Shown in pieces: positions 23,480-31,954 of a DNA stretch of 31,954 nucleotides. The stretch spans positions 1 through 31,954 of the IMG/VR virus record IMGVR_UViG_3300048598_000578. One strand, 5' to 3'. A program made the translations under genes and the position numbers. How positions within the stretch are numbered: position 1 is the first letter of the stretch; every line of letters starts with the position of its first letter. Source of the stretch: a virus. Taxonomy: Duplodnaviria > Caudoviricetes. The notes beneath the pieces were generated by a model that was given only the letters and a program-made list of their open reading frames with translations, was not told the origin of the DNA and did no database searches.

Positions 23480-23809
23480 ATGATGAAGATGTCCGACAAG
23501 CCCGAGCTCCTGGCCATTGCGCTCGCGTGGCTGAGCCAGCACGCCCCTGTGCTTTACGCCGGCGCCCTGTCCTTCCTGGTCGCTGTGACCCGCGTCATCT
23601 ACGGCGGCGGCACAAGACGCCAAGCGCTGCTCGAAGCCACGTTGTGCACCCTGATCACCCTGGGCCTGATCCCGGTCTTGGAGTGGCTCGGCCTGCCCCA
23701 GAACATGGCTACGGCGGCCGGCGTGTTCACAGGCTTCCTCGGTGTGAAGAAGCTCGCCGAGCTTGCCGACCGCGTGGCCGACTGGAAACTGCCGAAGCGT
23801 GACAGCTGA
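23480..23809 (+). CDS. Lambda-S-family holin with dual-start motif
   Basis: Three hydrophobic segments; RVIYGGG...LLEATLC...FTGFLGVKKL; basic C-terminus; M-M-K-M start. Confidence 0.9.
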   Translation: MMKMSDKPELLAIALAWLSQHAPVLYAGALSFLVAVTRVIYGGGTRRQALLEATLCTLITLGLIPVLEWLGLPQNMATAAGVFTGFLGVKKLAELADRVADWKLPKRDS

Positions 23810-24147
23810 TGGCCAGGCTCCAGAGCCTCAAGCCGCGCCTGACTGAGCAGGTCGGCCGCCTGGCTGTCGTGGCGCCCGGTTCCTGGCGCGCTGGCAAGAC
23901 ATCGAGTCAGCGTGGGTACGGCTACCGATGGCAGCAGGCTCGTGAGCGATACCTGCTGGACCATCCGCTATGCGTCTACTGCGCGCGGAAGGGGATGACC
24001 ACCGCGGCGAGCGTGGTGGACCACATCGTTGCCCACGAGGGTGACCCTGAGCTGTTCTGGGATGAGGCGAACTGGCAGTCGCTGTGCAAGCCCTGCCACG
24101 ACTCGGACAAGCAGCGCGAGGAAGCGGCGGCGAGGGCAAGTCGATGA
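23809..24147 (+). CDS. HNH endonuclease (HK97 gp74-like terminase cofactor)
   Basis: RGYGYRWQQAR...HPLCVYC...VVDHIVAH...LFWDEANWQSLCKPCH. Confidence 0.92.
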   Translation: MARLQSLKPRLTEQVGRLAVVAPGSWRAGKTSSQRGYGYRWQQARERYLLDHPLCVYCARKGMTTAASVVDHIVAHEGDPELFWDEANWQSLCKPCHDSDKQREEAAARASR

Positions 24148-24371
24148 AGGCTGAGCTAACTGCTGATGAGGCAGGTGTGGTCGCCCTGCTCGCCCAGGCT
24201 TGGAACTCCTACCTGGAACTTCCGGTTGAGCATCAGGCCGAGGCGGCTGAGTTCTGCCGTGCAATCCACGCCTGTCAGGACATGGTGCTCGCCAGATGCG
24301 ACCGCCGGGCGCTGAACGGCGCTGAGCCTCCCCGAACGCCCGATTGCACCAATCTGGTGCGGTCGAGGTAG
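24144..24371 (+). CDS. Hypothetical protein, 75 aa (MKAELTADE...)
   Basis: ATGA coupling and GAGG RBS; AWNSYLELPVEH...EFCRAIHACQDMVLAR. Confidence 0.65.
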   Translation: MKAELTADEAGVVALLAQAWNSYLELPVEHQAEAAEFCRAIHACQDMVLARCDRRALNGAEPPRTPDCTNLVRSR

Positions 24372-24440
24372 GGGGGGATCGAATTATGGGGATTGGCGCT
24401 CAGCTAGACCGCCTTCGCCCCCATTCGCACATTTTTCCCC
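24371..24440. other. Probable cos/packaging region
   Basis: Non-coding gap before terS with a G7 run, TAGACCGCCTTCGCCCCC and a T/C run, the usual position in HNH-TerS-TerL cos phages. The exact cut site cannot be determined. Confidence 0.5.
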
Positions 24441-24459
24441 GGCCTAAGGACTTTTGTTA

Positions 24460-24951
24460 ATGGCGTTAACAGACAAACAGCGACGGTTTGTTGACGCGAA
24501 GGCCCGAGGAGCATCCAACAAGTCTGCCGCCGAAGCTGCGGGCTACGCGCCTTCCAGCGCGGCGGCGGCTGGTGCTCGACTCGCCAAGCACCCGGACATT
24601 GTAGCCGCCCTGGAGAAGTTAAAGGGCCGCCGCGATGTTAAATCCAAGGAGCCTTCGCCGAAGCATGACCTGGGCGAGGCCGACACCTCTGGCGATGAGC
24701 AGGAACCCGATGGCGAGTACCTGGACTGTCTGCCCTTCACCGATGACCCGCTGGTGTGGTTGGTCAACCTGATGAACGAGCCGCGGGCCAAGGTGTTCGA
24801 CCGCCGCAGCGCTGCACAGAAGGCGGTCGACTTCTTCCACGGAAAGAAGGGTGAGCAGGGCAAGAAGGACCAGAAGCAGGCCGCCGCCAAGGAAGCAGCA
24901 AAGGGCAAGTTCAGCGCCGGCAAACCGCCGCTCACTGTCGTGAAGAGGTAA
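24460..24951 (+). CDS. terS: Terminase small subunit
   Basis: LTDKQRRFV...AAEAAGYAPSSA...GARL HTH; AAGGA RBS; precedes terL. Confidence 0.9.
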   Translation: MALTDKQRRFVDAKARGASNKSAAEAAGYAPSSAAAAGARLAKHPDIVAALEKLKGRRDVKSKEPSPKHDLGEADTSGDEQEPDGEYLDCLPFTDDPLVWLVNLMNEPRAKVFDRRSAAQKAVDFFHGKKGEQGKKDQKQAAAKEAAKGKFSAGKPPLTVVKR

Positions 24952-24955
24952 CCCC

Positions 24956-26638
24956 ATGCTCTGGACAACTGCCTGCCCCGAATGGTGGCAGCGCCTGAGC
25001 GCGGGCGAATCTATCATCCCGCCGCCGCTATTCCCGGCCGAGGCCGAGGAAGGGCTGGCGGTCTTTCGGGAGCTGAAGATAGTCGACGCCCCGGGTAGCC
25101 CGAAGATCGAGGCCGCTTGTGCTCCATGGGTGCTGGACTTTGCCGGGGCGATCTTCGGCAGCTACAACAGCGAGACCGGCCAGCGGTTGATAACCGAGTA
25201 CTTCCTGTGCATCCCGAAGAAGAACTCGAAGTCGACCATCGCCGCTGCGATCATGCTCACTGCGCTGATTCGGAATTGGCGCCTCGAGGCCGAGTTCATC
25301 ATTCTGGCGCCGACGAAGGAGATCGCCGACAACTCCTTCAAGCCGGCCGCGGCGATGGTGAAGCACGATGATGAGCTGTCCGCGCTGCTGCATATCCAGC
25401 CGCACCAGCGGCTGATCACCCATCAGGAAACGGGGGCCACCTTGAAGGTGGTCGCGGCCGACAGCGACGTGGTGGGTGGCAAGAAAGCCGTTGGCGTGCT
25501 GATCGATGAGGCGTGGCTGCTCGGCAAGAACCCGAAGGCGCCGGACATGATCCGCGAAGCCACTGGCGGCCTGCTGTCGCGGCCGGAGGGCTTCATTATC
25601 TGGCTGACGACTCAGTCGAACGAACCGCCAGCCGGTATCTTCAAGTCGAAGCTGACCTACGCCCGCGGCGTCCGCGATGGCCGCATCGACGACAACCGCT
25701 TCCTCCCGATCATCTACGAGTTCTCGCCGGAGATGATCAAGAGTGGCGAGGCGCGGAAGCCGGAGAACTTCCACATCGTGAACCCCAACATGGGGTTCTC
25801 AGTGGACCGCCCAACCCTGGAGCGCCTGTTCATGCAGGCCGAACTGGATGGCGAGGGAGAGGTCCGTGGATTCCTGGCCAAGTTCCTGAACATCGAGATC
25901 GGCCTGGCGCTGATGTCGGACAACTGGGTGGGGGCGACCTTCTGGGAGCCTCAGGCGTCCCCGGGGCTCACGCTGGAGTCTCTGATCGAGCGCTGCGAGG
26001 TGATCGTGGCCGGCGGCGACGGTGGCGGCCTGGATGACCTGCTTGGCCTGGCCATCATGGGGCGCGAGCGCGAAACCCGGCGGTGGCTGCACTGGGCCCA
26101 TGCCTGGGTTCACTCGTCGGTGCTTGAGCTGCGCAAGTCAGAGGCGCCCCGGCTGTTGGATCTCCAGGCCGCTGGTGACCTGACCATCATCGACCGAGTC
26201 GGCGATGACGTGATGCAGTTTGCTGAGTACGTGGCACGAACCAACGAGCTCGGCCTGCTGGAAAAAGTGGGGCTGGACCCCGCCGGCATCGGTGCCTTGC
26301 TCGATGCGCTGGAGGAGGCTGGGATCGAGAAGGATCAGGTCGTCGGCGTCTCCCAGGGGTGGAAGCTCACCGGTGCGATCAAGACCACCGAGCGCAAGCT
26401 GGCGGGCGGCGAACTGCTGCACTGCGGCCAGCCGATCATGTCCTGGGCCTGCGGAAACGCCAAAGGTGTGCCGTCGGCGAACGCCTTCCTCATCACGAAG
26501 CAGGCCTCTGGCACGGCAAAGATCGACCCGCTGATGGCCACCTTCAACGCTGTGTCGCTGCTATCCCTCAACCCCGAGGCGCGCAACGGCATGGATGACT
26601 ACCTCAACAATGGCTTCTTCGGACTCGTAGGCTCATGA
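24956..26638 (+). CDS. terL: Terminase large subunit
   Basis: Walker A-like IPKKNSKST; Walker B VLIDE; nuclease motifs GGDGGGLDDL and KIDPLMA. Confidence 0.95.
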   Translation: MLWTTACPEWWQRLSAGESIIPPPLFPAEAEEGLAVFRELKIVDAPGSPKIEAACAPWVLDFAGAIFGSYNSETGQRLITEYFLCIPKKNSKSTIAAAIMLTALIRNWRLEAEFIILAPTKEIADNSFKPAAAMVKHDDELSALLHIQPHQRLITHQETGATLKVVAADSDVVGGKKAVGVLIDEAWLLGKNPKAPDMIREATGGLLSRPEGFIIWLTTQSNEPPAGIFKSKLTYARGVRDGRIDDNRFLPIIYEFSPEMIKSGEARKPENFHIVNPNMGFSVDRPTLERLFMQAELDGEGEVRGFLAKFLNIEIGLALMSDNWVGATFWEPQASPGLTLESLIERCEVIVAGGDGGGLDDLLGLAIMGRERETRRWLHWAHAWVHSSVLELRKSEAPRLLDLQAAGDLTIIDRVGDDVMQFAEYVARTNELGLLEKVGLDPAGIGALLDALEEAGIEKDQVVGVSQGWKLTGAIKTTERKLAGGELLHCGQPIMSWACGNAKGVPSANAFLITKQASGTAKIDPLMATFNAVSLLSLNPEARNGMDDYLNNGFFGLVGS

Positions 26639-27858
26639 CCTTTCGCTGGTTCAACCCCAAGACGTGGCGGATGTTCGGCTACACCGACCCCGCCACGGGC
26701 AACTATGTCGAGGTCGACATGGAGGTCGGAGGCAAGAGCACCAAGGCTGGCGTCCGCGTAACCACCAAGACCGCGCTGTCGATCAGCATGGTCTGGTCGT
26801 GCGTGAAGATCCTCTCGGAGTCGCTGTCGGGCCTCCCGCTGAAGCTCTACGAGGATTCGGACGGTACGGCGCCTCGCAAGCTGGTGCCGCGCAAGGATCG
26901 CGCGCAGAAGCTGCTGCGCAAGCCCAATCCGTTCATGACGATGCTGAACTTCCTCAAGTTCGTGGTCGTGAACATGGCGCTGAAGGGCAACGCCTTCGCG
27001 CTAATCGAGCGCAACCGGAATGGCGAGCCGATCGGCCTGGTGCCGTTGTCGATCGACACGGTGACCATCGATACCGACGAAGACCTGCTGTATTGGGTGC
27101 AGCCCAAGGGCGGGGACCGATTCCCGGTGTCGCCGGAGAACATGCTGCATTTCAAGATTTTCAGCATGGACGGGATCGTGGGGCTTTCGCCGATCGAGTA
27201 CCAGGCCGAGACCATGGGCCTGGCCAAGGCTGGCCAACAATGGTCGGCGCGCTTCATGCGCAAGGGCGGCTTTACCGGCGGCTATGTCATCTACAAGGAG
27301 TTCTTGACCGAGAAGCAGCAGGCGCAAGTCCTGGCGAAGTTCCCGGATGTGCGCAAGGGCGACGCCGACGACATCGGCAAGATGGCCATCCTCCAGGGCG
27401 GGCCAACCATCACACCAGCTGGCATCAGCCAGAAAGATGCCCAGTTCATCGAGTCGCAGCAGTTCCAGGAAGAGGCGCTGGCGGGCATCTACGGCGTGCC
27501 GCTCTGGCTGGCCAATCGCGCGGGCAAGACTTCGATCATGGGCTCCAACCTGGAGCAGCAACTGATCGGCTTCGTCACGTTTGGTCTGAAGCCCTACATC
27601 GACGCGGTCGAGGATGAGTTCAACGACAAGTTGTATGGGAGCACCCAGCGCTTCGTCGAGTTCGCGGTGGAGGGCCTGCTGCGCGCGGACAGCGCCGGCC
27701 GAGCCACGTTGTTTGCTGCGGCCCTTGGCGGCTCTGGCGGTTCCGGCTGGATGACCATCAACGAAGTGCGCCGCAAAGAAAACCTTCCGCCACTCGATGG
27801 CCCTGAATACGACCGGGTATCCCGGTGGGAGATGCAGACCAGTGCTCAGCAAACTTGA
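26635..27858 (+). CDS. HK97-family portal protein
   Basis: VWSCVKILSESLSGLPL, KPNPFMT, GNAFALI, GLSPI, YGVP, WMTINEVRRKENLPP. Confidence 0.95.
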   Translation: MTFRWFNPKTWRMFGYTDPATGNYVEVDMEVGGKSTKAGVRVTTKTALSISMVWSCVKILSESLSGLPLKLYEDSDGTAPRKLVPRKDRAQKLLRKPNPFMTMLNFLKFVVVNMALKGNAFALIERNRNGEPIGLVPLSIDTVTIDTDEDLLYWVQPKGGDRFPVSPENMLHFKIFSMDGIVGLSPIEYQAETMGLAKAGQQWSARFMRKGGFTGGYVIYKEFLTEKQQAQVLAKFPDVRKGDADDIGKMAILQGGPTITPAGISQKDAQFIESQQFQEEALAGIYGVPLWLANRAGKTSIMGSNLEQQLIGFVTFGLKPYIDAVEDEFNDKLYGSTQRFVEFAVEGLLRADSAGRATLFAAALGGSGGSGWMTINEVRRKENLPPLDGPEYDRVSRWEMQTSAQQT

Positions 27859-28486
27859 TTGCCCTTTCGAGGTGAAGGCCGCCGACGAGGCGGGCAACTT
27901 CGAGGGCTACGCCGCGGTGTTCGATAACGTCGACCTGGGTGATGACGTGATCCTCAAGGGTGCCTTCACCCGTGTGAAGACCGCCCGCAATGGCCGGCTG
28001 AAGCTGGCCCTGTACCACGACCTTACCCGCCTGGTCGGAACCTCGGAGTTCAGTCAGGACGACCGAGGCCTGTACCTCAAGGGGCGGGTGAACCTCGCTG
28101 TGAGCTACGCGAGGGACGCTTACGAGCTGATGAAGGACGGCTCCCTCGACAGCATGTCCATCGGCTTCAACACCATCGAGGCCACCTTCGAGCAACGCGC
28201 CGGCCGGCAAGTTCGCGTCATCAAGTCGGCCGAGTTGTGGGAGGCGTCCTTCGTTCCGTTCGGCATGAACCCTGAGGCCGAAGTGCTCAGCGTCAAGTCG
28301 GATATCCGGCTTTTCGAGAACGCCCTGCGCGAGCGCATGGGCCTCTCACAGAAGGAGGCGGCGGCAGTCGCTTCGCTCGGCTATCCCGCGCTACGCCGTG
28401 ACGGCGGCAGCGAGGCCACGGCGATCGTGGAAGAGCTGAAAGACATTTCAACCCTGTTCACAACCCATTTTGGAGCTACGCCATGA
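27842..28486 (+). CDS. HK97-family prohead protease
   Basis: FEGYAAVFDNVD...DVILKGAF, LYHD, MSIGF, LWEASFVPFGMN; GTG start chosen at 27842. Confidence 0.93.
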   Translation: MLSKLDCPFEVKAADEAGNFEGYAAVFDNVDLGDDVILKGAFTRVKTARNGRLKLALYHDLTRLVGTSEFSQDDRGLYLKGRVNLAVSYARDAYELMKDGSLDSMSIGFNTIEATFEQRAGRQVRVIKSAELWEASFVPFGMNPEAEVLSVKSDIRLFENALRERMGLSQKEAAAVASLGYPALRRDGGSEATAIVEELKDISTLFTTHFGATP

Positions 28487-29700
28487 GCGAAGTGAAAGAA
28501 CTGAAAGACTCCCTGGAGCTGCAACTGAAGCAAGGCTTCCAGGGCCTGCAGACCAAGTACGACGAAGCCATCGCCGAGGTGGAAAAGGGCAATGCCGTCG
28601 CGACTGAACTGAAGAAGGAAATCCAGGCGCAGAAGGATGAACTGCAGAAGGTCATCGACCAGGTGCAGGACCTGGAGCAGAAGGGCGTCAAGCTGCGCGG
28701 CCTGCCTGGCGAAGGCAAATCCTTCATCGACCTGGTCAAGGGCGACGAGACCTACAAGAGCCTGCAACAGAAGTCCGCGACTCGCGCCGAGATCGAGGTG
28801 GTCAAGTCCGACCTGGCCGCGATGAAGGAAACCAAGGTCACCAGCGCCGGCATCGTGGTGCCGAACTATGATCCGGTCATCCAACCGGGCATTCGCCAGG
28901 AACTGCGCATTCGCGACCTGCTTACCACCATCCCGGTCAGCGGGCAGAGCTACAGCTACTTCCGCGAATTGCTGCATACCCGCGGCGCCGCGCCGGTGGC
29001 CGAGGGTGGCCTGAAGCCCACCAGCAACGTGACCTTCGAGACCATCACTGACCGCGTGAAGAAGATCGCGGTGTGGATGCCGGTCACCGACGAAGCTCTG
29101 GACGACGTGCCCCAGCTGCTCGGCTATATCCAGGAACTGCTGCGCTACGACCTCAAGCTGGAGGAAGAGGCGCAGATCCTCAAGGGCGACGGCACCGGTG
29201 AGAACCTGAACGGGCTGATGACCCAGGCCACCGCATACGACGCCACGCTGACCAAAGCCGGCGACACCTCCATCGACATCGTGCGCCGCGGCATCTACCA
29301 GGTGCGCAAGCAGTCGAAGCTGTCCGCCGACGGCGTGGTGATGACCGAGCTGGACTGGATGAACATCGAGCTGCAGAAGGACGGCGAGAACCGCTATCTG
29401 TTCGCCAACCTGCAAGGCCTGGTCACCCCGGTCCTGTGGGGCCGCCCGGTGATCACCTCCGACAGCATGGATGAAGGCTCCCCGGCCAACGGCGAAGATC
29501 CGGCGACCGGCGGCGAGTTCCTGATTGCGAACTTCGCCCGCTCCTCGGTGCTGTTCGACCGCATGTCGTTCCTGTTCAAGATGGGCCTGATCAACGATCA
29601 GTTCATCAAGAACGAACGTGCGCTGTTGGTCGAGGAGCGTCTGGGCCTGGGCGTTCGCCGCCGTGAAGCTCTGGTCAAAGGTCAGTTCCCGACCGCGTAA
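28483..29700 (+). CDS. HK97-fold major capsid protein with N-terminal delta domain
   Basis: N-terminal coiled coil; VAEGGLKP; EEAQILKGDGTGENLNG; KDGENRY; LWGRPV. Confidence 0.95.
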   Translation: MSEVKELKDSLELQLKQGFQGLQTKYDEAIAEVEKGNAVATELKKEIQAQKDELQKVIDQVQDLEQKGVKLRGLPGEGKSFIDLVKGDETYKSLQQKSATRAEIEVVKSDLAAMKETKVTSAGIVVPNYDPVIQPGIRQELRIRDLLTTIPVSGQSYSYFRELLHTRGAAPVAEGGLKPTSNVTFETITDRVKKIAVWMPVTDEALDDVPQLLGYIQELLRYDLKLEEEAQILKGDGTGENLNGLMTQATAYDATLTKAGDTSIDIVRRGIYQVRKQSKLSADGVVMTELDWMNIELQKDGENRYLFANLQGLVTPVLWGRPVITSDSMDEGSPANGEDPATGGEFLIANFARSSVLFDRMSFLFKMGLINDQFIKNERALLVEERLGLGVRRREALVKGQFPTA

Positions 29701-29713
29701 AGCAACCCCTAAC

Positions 29714-29745
29714 CGAGAAGGCCGGCCGATGTGCCGGCCTTCTCG
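29714..29745 (+). terminator. 13-bp hairpin after the capsid gene (partial terminator or stabiliser)
   Basis: CGAGAAGGCCGGC-CGATGT-GCCGGCCTTCTCG; weak U tract. Confidence 0.6.
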
Positions 29746-29759
29746 CATCTGGAGGCGAC

Positions 29760-29963
29760 ATGAAAATCAAAGCGAAGTGGGGATTCATCGGTGACGCCGC
29801 CAGGCTCGGCGCTGAGTCGGCGAAGGTAAAGGCGGGCCAGGTATTCGAGAACGCCGACGATGAGTACGCCCACGTCCTGCTCGGCAAGGGCCTGGCCGAA
29901 GAGGTGACCGACAAGGTCAAGCCGAAAGAATCCAAGCCGGCGGCGGCGAAAGAGGCCAAGTGA
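29760..29963 (+). CDS. Small virion-associated hypothetical protein
   Basis: GGAGG RBS; VKAGQVFE...AHVLLGKGLAEE; typical post-capsid position. Confidence 0.75.
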   Translation: MKIKAKWGFIGDAARLGAESAKVKAGQVFENADDEYAHVLLGKGLAEEVTDKVKPKESKPAAAKEAK

Positions 29964-30286
29964 TGGTCATCGACTGGGACGCGCATCCCGAGCTCCTACC
30001 CAGGATCAAGCTGCAGGCCAAGGTCGACAACGACGTCGAGGACGAGCTGATCAAGGGCTATGTCGAGGCGGCGCTGTTCCACGTCGAGCAGCACTGCGAT
30101 GTCGAGCTGGTGGAGTCCGGTCCGACCGAGCCGAACCAGTTGGTGCTCACGCCTGACATCTGGCAGGCGGTCTACCTGCTGGTGGCGCACTGGTATTCGA
30201 ACCGCGAGGCGGTAGCGCTGGGCACTATCGCCACGGTCATTCCGCTCGGCGTAGAGCGGCTGCTCTGGTACAGGAAACGATTCTGA
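29960..30286 (+). CDS. Head-tail connector (HK97 gp6-like)
   Basis: EDELIKGYVEAA...QAVYLLVAHWYSNREAV...PLGVERLL. Confidence 0.92.
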   Translation: MMVIDWDAHPELLPRIKLQAKVDNDVEDELIKGYVEAALFHVEQHCDVELVESGPTEPNQLVLTPDIWQAVYLLVAHWYSNREAVALGTIATVIPLGVERLLWYRKRF

Positions 30287-30612
30287 TGCGCGCCGGTCCT
30301 CTTCGACACCTTGCGTCTCTGCAGGCGCTTCAGCGCGTGCCGGATGGCGGTGGTGGTCACAGCGAGCAGTGGGTGGAACTGCGCAAGGTCTGGGTGGAGA
30401 TCGCCCTACCTACCGGCCGCACCACTCCCGTGGCCAGCCAGTTGCAGGCAGTGGTCAGTGCCGAGATCCGTGCGCGTCCTGCTGACGACCTGATTGCCGG
30501 CCGCCGGCTGGTACACAAGGCCGTCACCTATTCCATCGAAGCCTCCTTGCTCGACAACGAGCTCAGCATGCTGCGGTTGCTGTGCTCCAACGTAACCCCG
30601 ACACCGAGGTAA
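30286..30612 (+). CDS. Head closure / head-tail adaptor protein
   Basis: MRAGPLRH...DGGGG...W...VWVEI...LRLLC. Confidence 0.88.
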   Translation: MRAGPLRHLASLQALQRVPDGGGGHSEQWVELRKVWVEIALPTGRTTPVASQLQAVVSAEIRARPADDLIAGRRLVHKAVTYSIEASLLDNELSMLRLLCSNVTPTPR

Positions 30613-30617
30613 CCGAC

Positions 30618-30800
30618 ATGGTCCTTCGTGCTACTGGACACCTGAGCGGCGCCGTCACGGCCGAGAAGGGCGCCAACGTCAGCCACCTTCCAGCCAGAAC
30701 GCTGAACAAGCTGATCGCTCGCGGCCTGGTCTTCGACGACGGCAAGGACAATCCACCGGTAGCGTCACCCGCGCCGCGCAAGCGAGCACGCAAGGAGTGA
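30618..30800 (+). CDS. Small basic hypothetical protein, 60 aa
   Basis: GAGGT RBS; fills the gap; LIARGLV motif resembles the 29760 protein. Confidence 0.6.
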   Translation: MVLRATGHLSGAVTAEKGANVSHLPARTLNKLIARGLVFDDGKDNPPVASPAPRKRARKE

Positions 30801-30803
30801 ACG

Positions 30804-31379
30804 ATGGCCAGGCGCTCGCGTATCAAGGGCGACTTCAAGCTGCGTGGAATCCTGCGCCGGCTGGCCGCCCTTGAGCAGAGCGACCTACCCAAGGCGATGG
30901 CCCAGGCCGCGGACCTGGTGCTGGCGACCCAGCAGAAGCTGATCCCGCGCGATACCGGCGATGGCGCCGCCGCGCTACAGGTGAAGATCAGCAGGAACGG
31001 TCTGGACGCCCGGATCGGGATCATCGGCAAGGCGGACAACCGCGAGTTCTTTTACCTGAAGTTCGCCGAGTACGGGACCAAGGGTTACAGCGGCACGATC
31101 TACCGGCGGCAGGATGCCGGCGCTGTCGGCGGCGAGCACACGGTCAATAGGGACCGCAGCCAGTTGTCGGGCCGCAATCGGCTGGGGCGGCGCGCCACCA
31201 AGAACAAGTCGGACGGTTCGCATTTCTTCGGCTACTACCCGGATATCCCGGCCCGGCCGGCGCATCCGTGGCTGCGACCAAGCATCGACATGAACCGGGA
31301 CGACATTCGAATCATCATCCGAGAGGCTATTGCCAGCACGCTGGCCAGGGCCGCGAAAGAGGCCGGCACCAATGGTTGA
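30804..31379 (+). CDS. HK97 gp10-like tail component
   Basis: PRDTG, FYLKFAEYGTK, PAHPWLRPS. Confidence 0.88.
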   Translation: MARRSRIKGDFKLRGILRRLAALEQSDLPKAMAQAADLVLATQQKLIPRDTGDGAAALQVKISRNGLDARIGIIGKADNREFFYLKFAEYGTKGYSGTIYRRQDAGAVGGEHTVNRDRSQLSGRNRLGRRATKNKSDGSHFFGYYPDIPARPAHPWLRPSIDMNRDDIRIIIREAIASTLARAAKEAGTNG

Positions 31380-31575
31380 CCATATCCATACCGCGAACGA
31401 TGGCCGCGGGCGCCGCGACGTGTTCGTGAACGGCAATCGTATTGAGTTTGTCGTGTGGGCAGACGAGCGTGCCGGGATTGTCTGGTTCTGCCCGCAACCA
31501 CTTAGGCTCAGCAGGCGCGGCGAGGTATACAGCCGGTGCCTGCGCGGGCGCGTCCAGGTGGTGTCGCATGGCTAA
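31372..31575 (+). CDS. Hypothetical protein, 67 aa (MVDHIHT...)
   Basis: 8-bp overlaps with both neighbours; GAGG RBS; beta-rich sequence. Confidence 0.65.
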   Translation: MVDHIHTANDGRGRRDVFVNGNRIEFVVWADERAGIVWFCPQPLRLSRRGEVYSRCLRGRVQVVSHG

Positions 31576-31954
31576 CCCAGGCTTTGCCCTGCAGAAGGCG
31601 CTGTACGAACGCCTGACCACCGAGCTGAGCGTGCCGGTCTACGACGCAGTGCCTGCCGACACCCCGTACCCCTACGTCACCATCGATCGCGAGGTGGCGC
31701 AGAACACCAGCCCCATCTCCGGCCGCCGCCGCAAGCAGCGGTTGATCTACCTCAGCGTCTGGAGCGCCCACCAGGGCCAGGCCGAGGTGAAGCGGATCCT
31801 GGGCGAGATCGAGGACGCACTGGACGAGCGCCGCCTGCCTGTCGATGAGGGGCGCGCCGTATCCGTCCGCGTCATCGCCTCCGACACCAACCGAGAACCG
31901 GACGGCCGCACCTACATGGGCTCGGCCACGGTTCGCGTCATCAGCACTTCCTGA
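31568..31954 (+). CDS. DUF3168 / tail-terminator-like protein
   Basis: ALQKALYERL...VYDAVP...YPYVTI...LSVWS...GQAEVKRI. Confidence 0.88.
   Translation: MANPGFALQKALYERLTTELSVPVYDAVPADTPYPYVTIDREVAQNTSPISGRRRKQRLIYLSVWSAHQGQAEVKRILGEIEDALDERRLPVDEGRAVSVRVIASDTNREPDGRTYMGSATVRVISTS

Larger units (their letters stand above)
7234..31954. mobile_element. Lambdoid/HK97-like prophage, left part (continues beyond the window)
   Basis: Canonical order att-int-xis-early left-cI/cro-replication-Q-holin-HNH-terminase-portal-protease-capsid-connectors, with no obvious frameshifts in core genes. Confidence 0.97.

Overview
High-GC, Pseudomonas-like chromosomal window with two parts. 1-7200 (minus strand) is a host three-gene unit: an atypical REC-LuxR-PAS-degenerate-kinase regulator, an exported NlpI-like TPR protein and a 1442-aa trimeric autotransporter adhesin. 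From 7234 to the window end is the left ~24.7 kb of a lambdoid/HK97-like prophage, bounded by a displaced tRNA 3' fragment (att). It carries integrase and excisionase, an early-left operon (LuxR-HTH, SPFH lipoprotein, CsrA, hypotheticals), an immunity region (PL/OL, SOS-boxed DUF1654-like gene, BrnT-like/RHH toxin-antitoxin pair, cI, OR/PR, cro), early-right and replication genes (Rha, initiator, DnaC-like loader, DnaB), a Q-like antiterminator, holin, HNH, terminases, portal, protease, capsid and head-tail genes. The most unexplained signal is a ~350-nt non-coding cassette between the Q-like gene and the holin. It lies between two terminators and contains a pseudoknot and a tRNA-shaped RNA whose D and T loops are Watson-Crick complementary. 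All family assignments come from reading motifs by eye; no database search was run.
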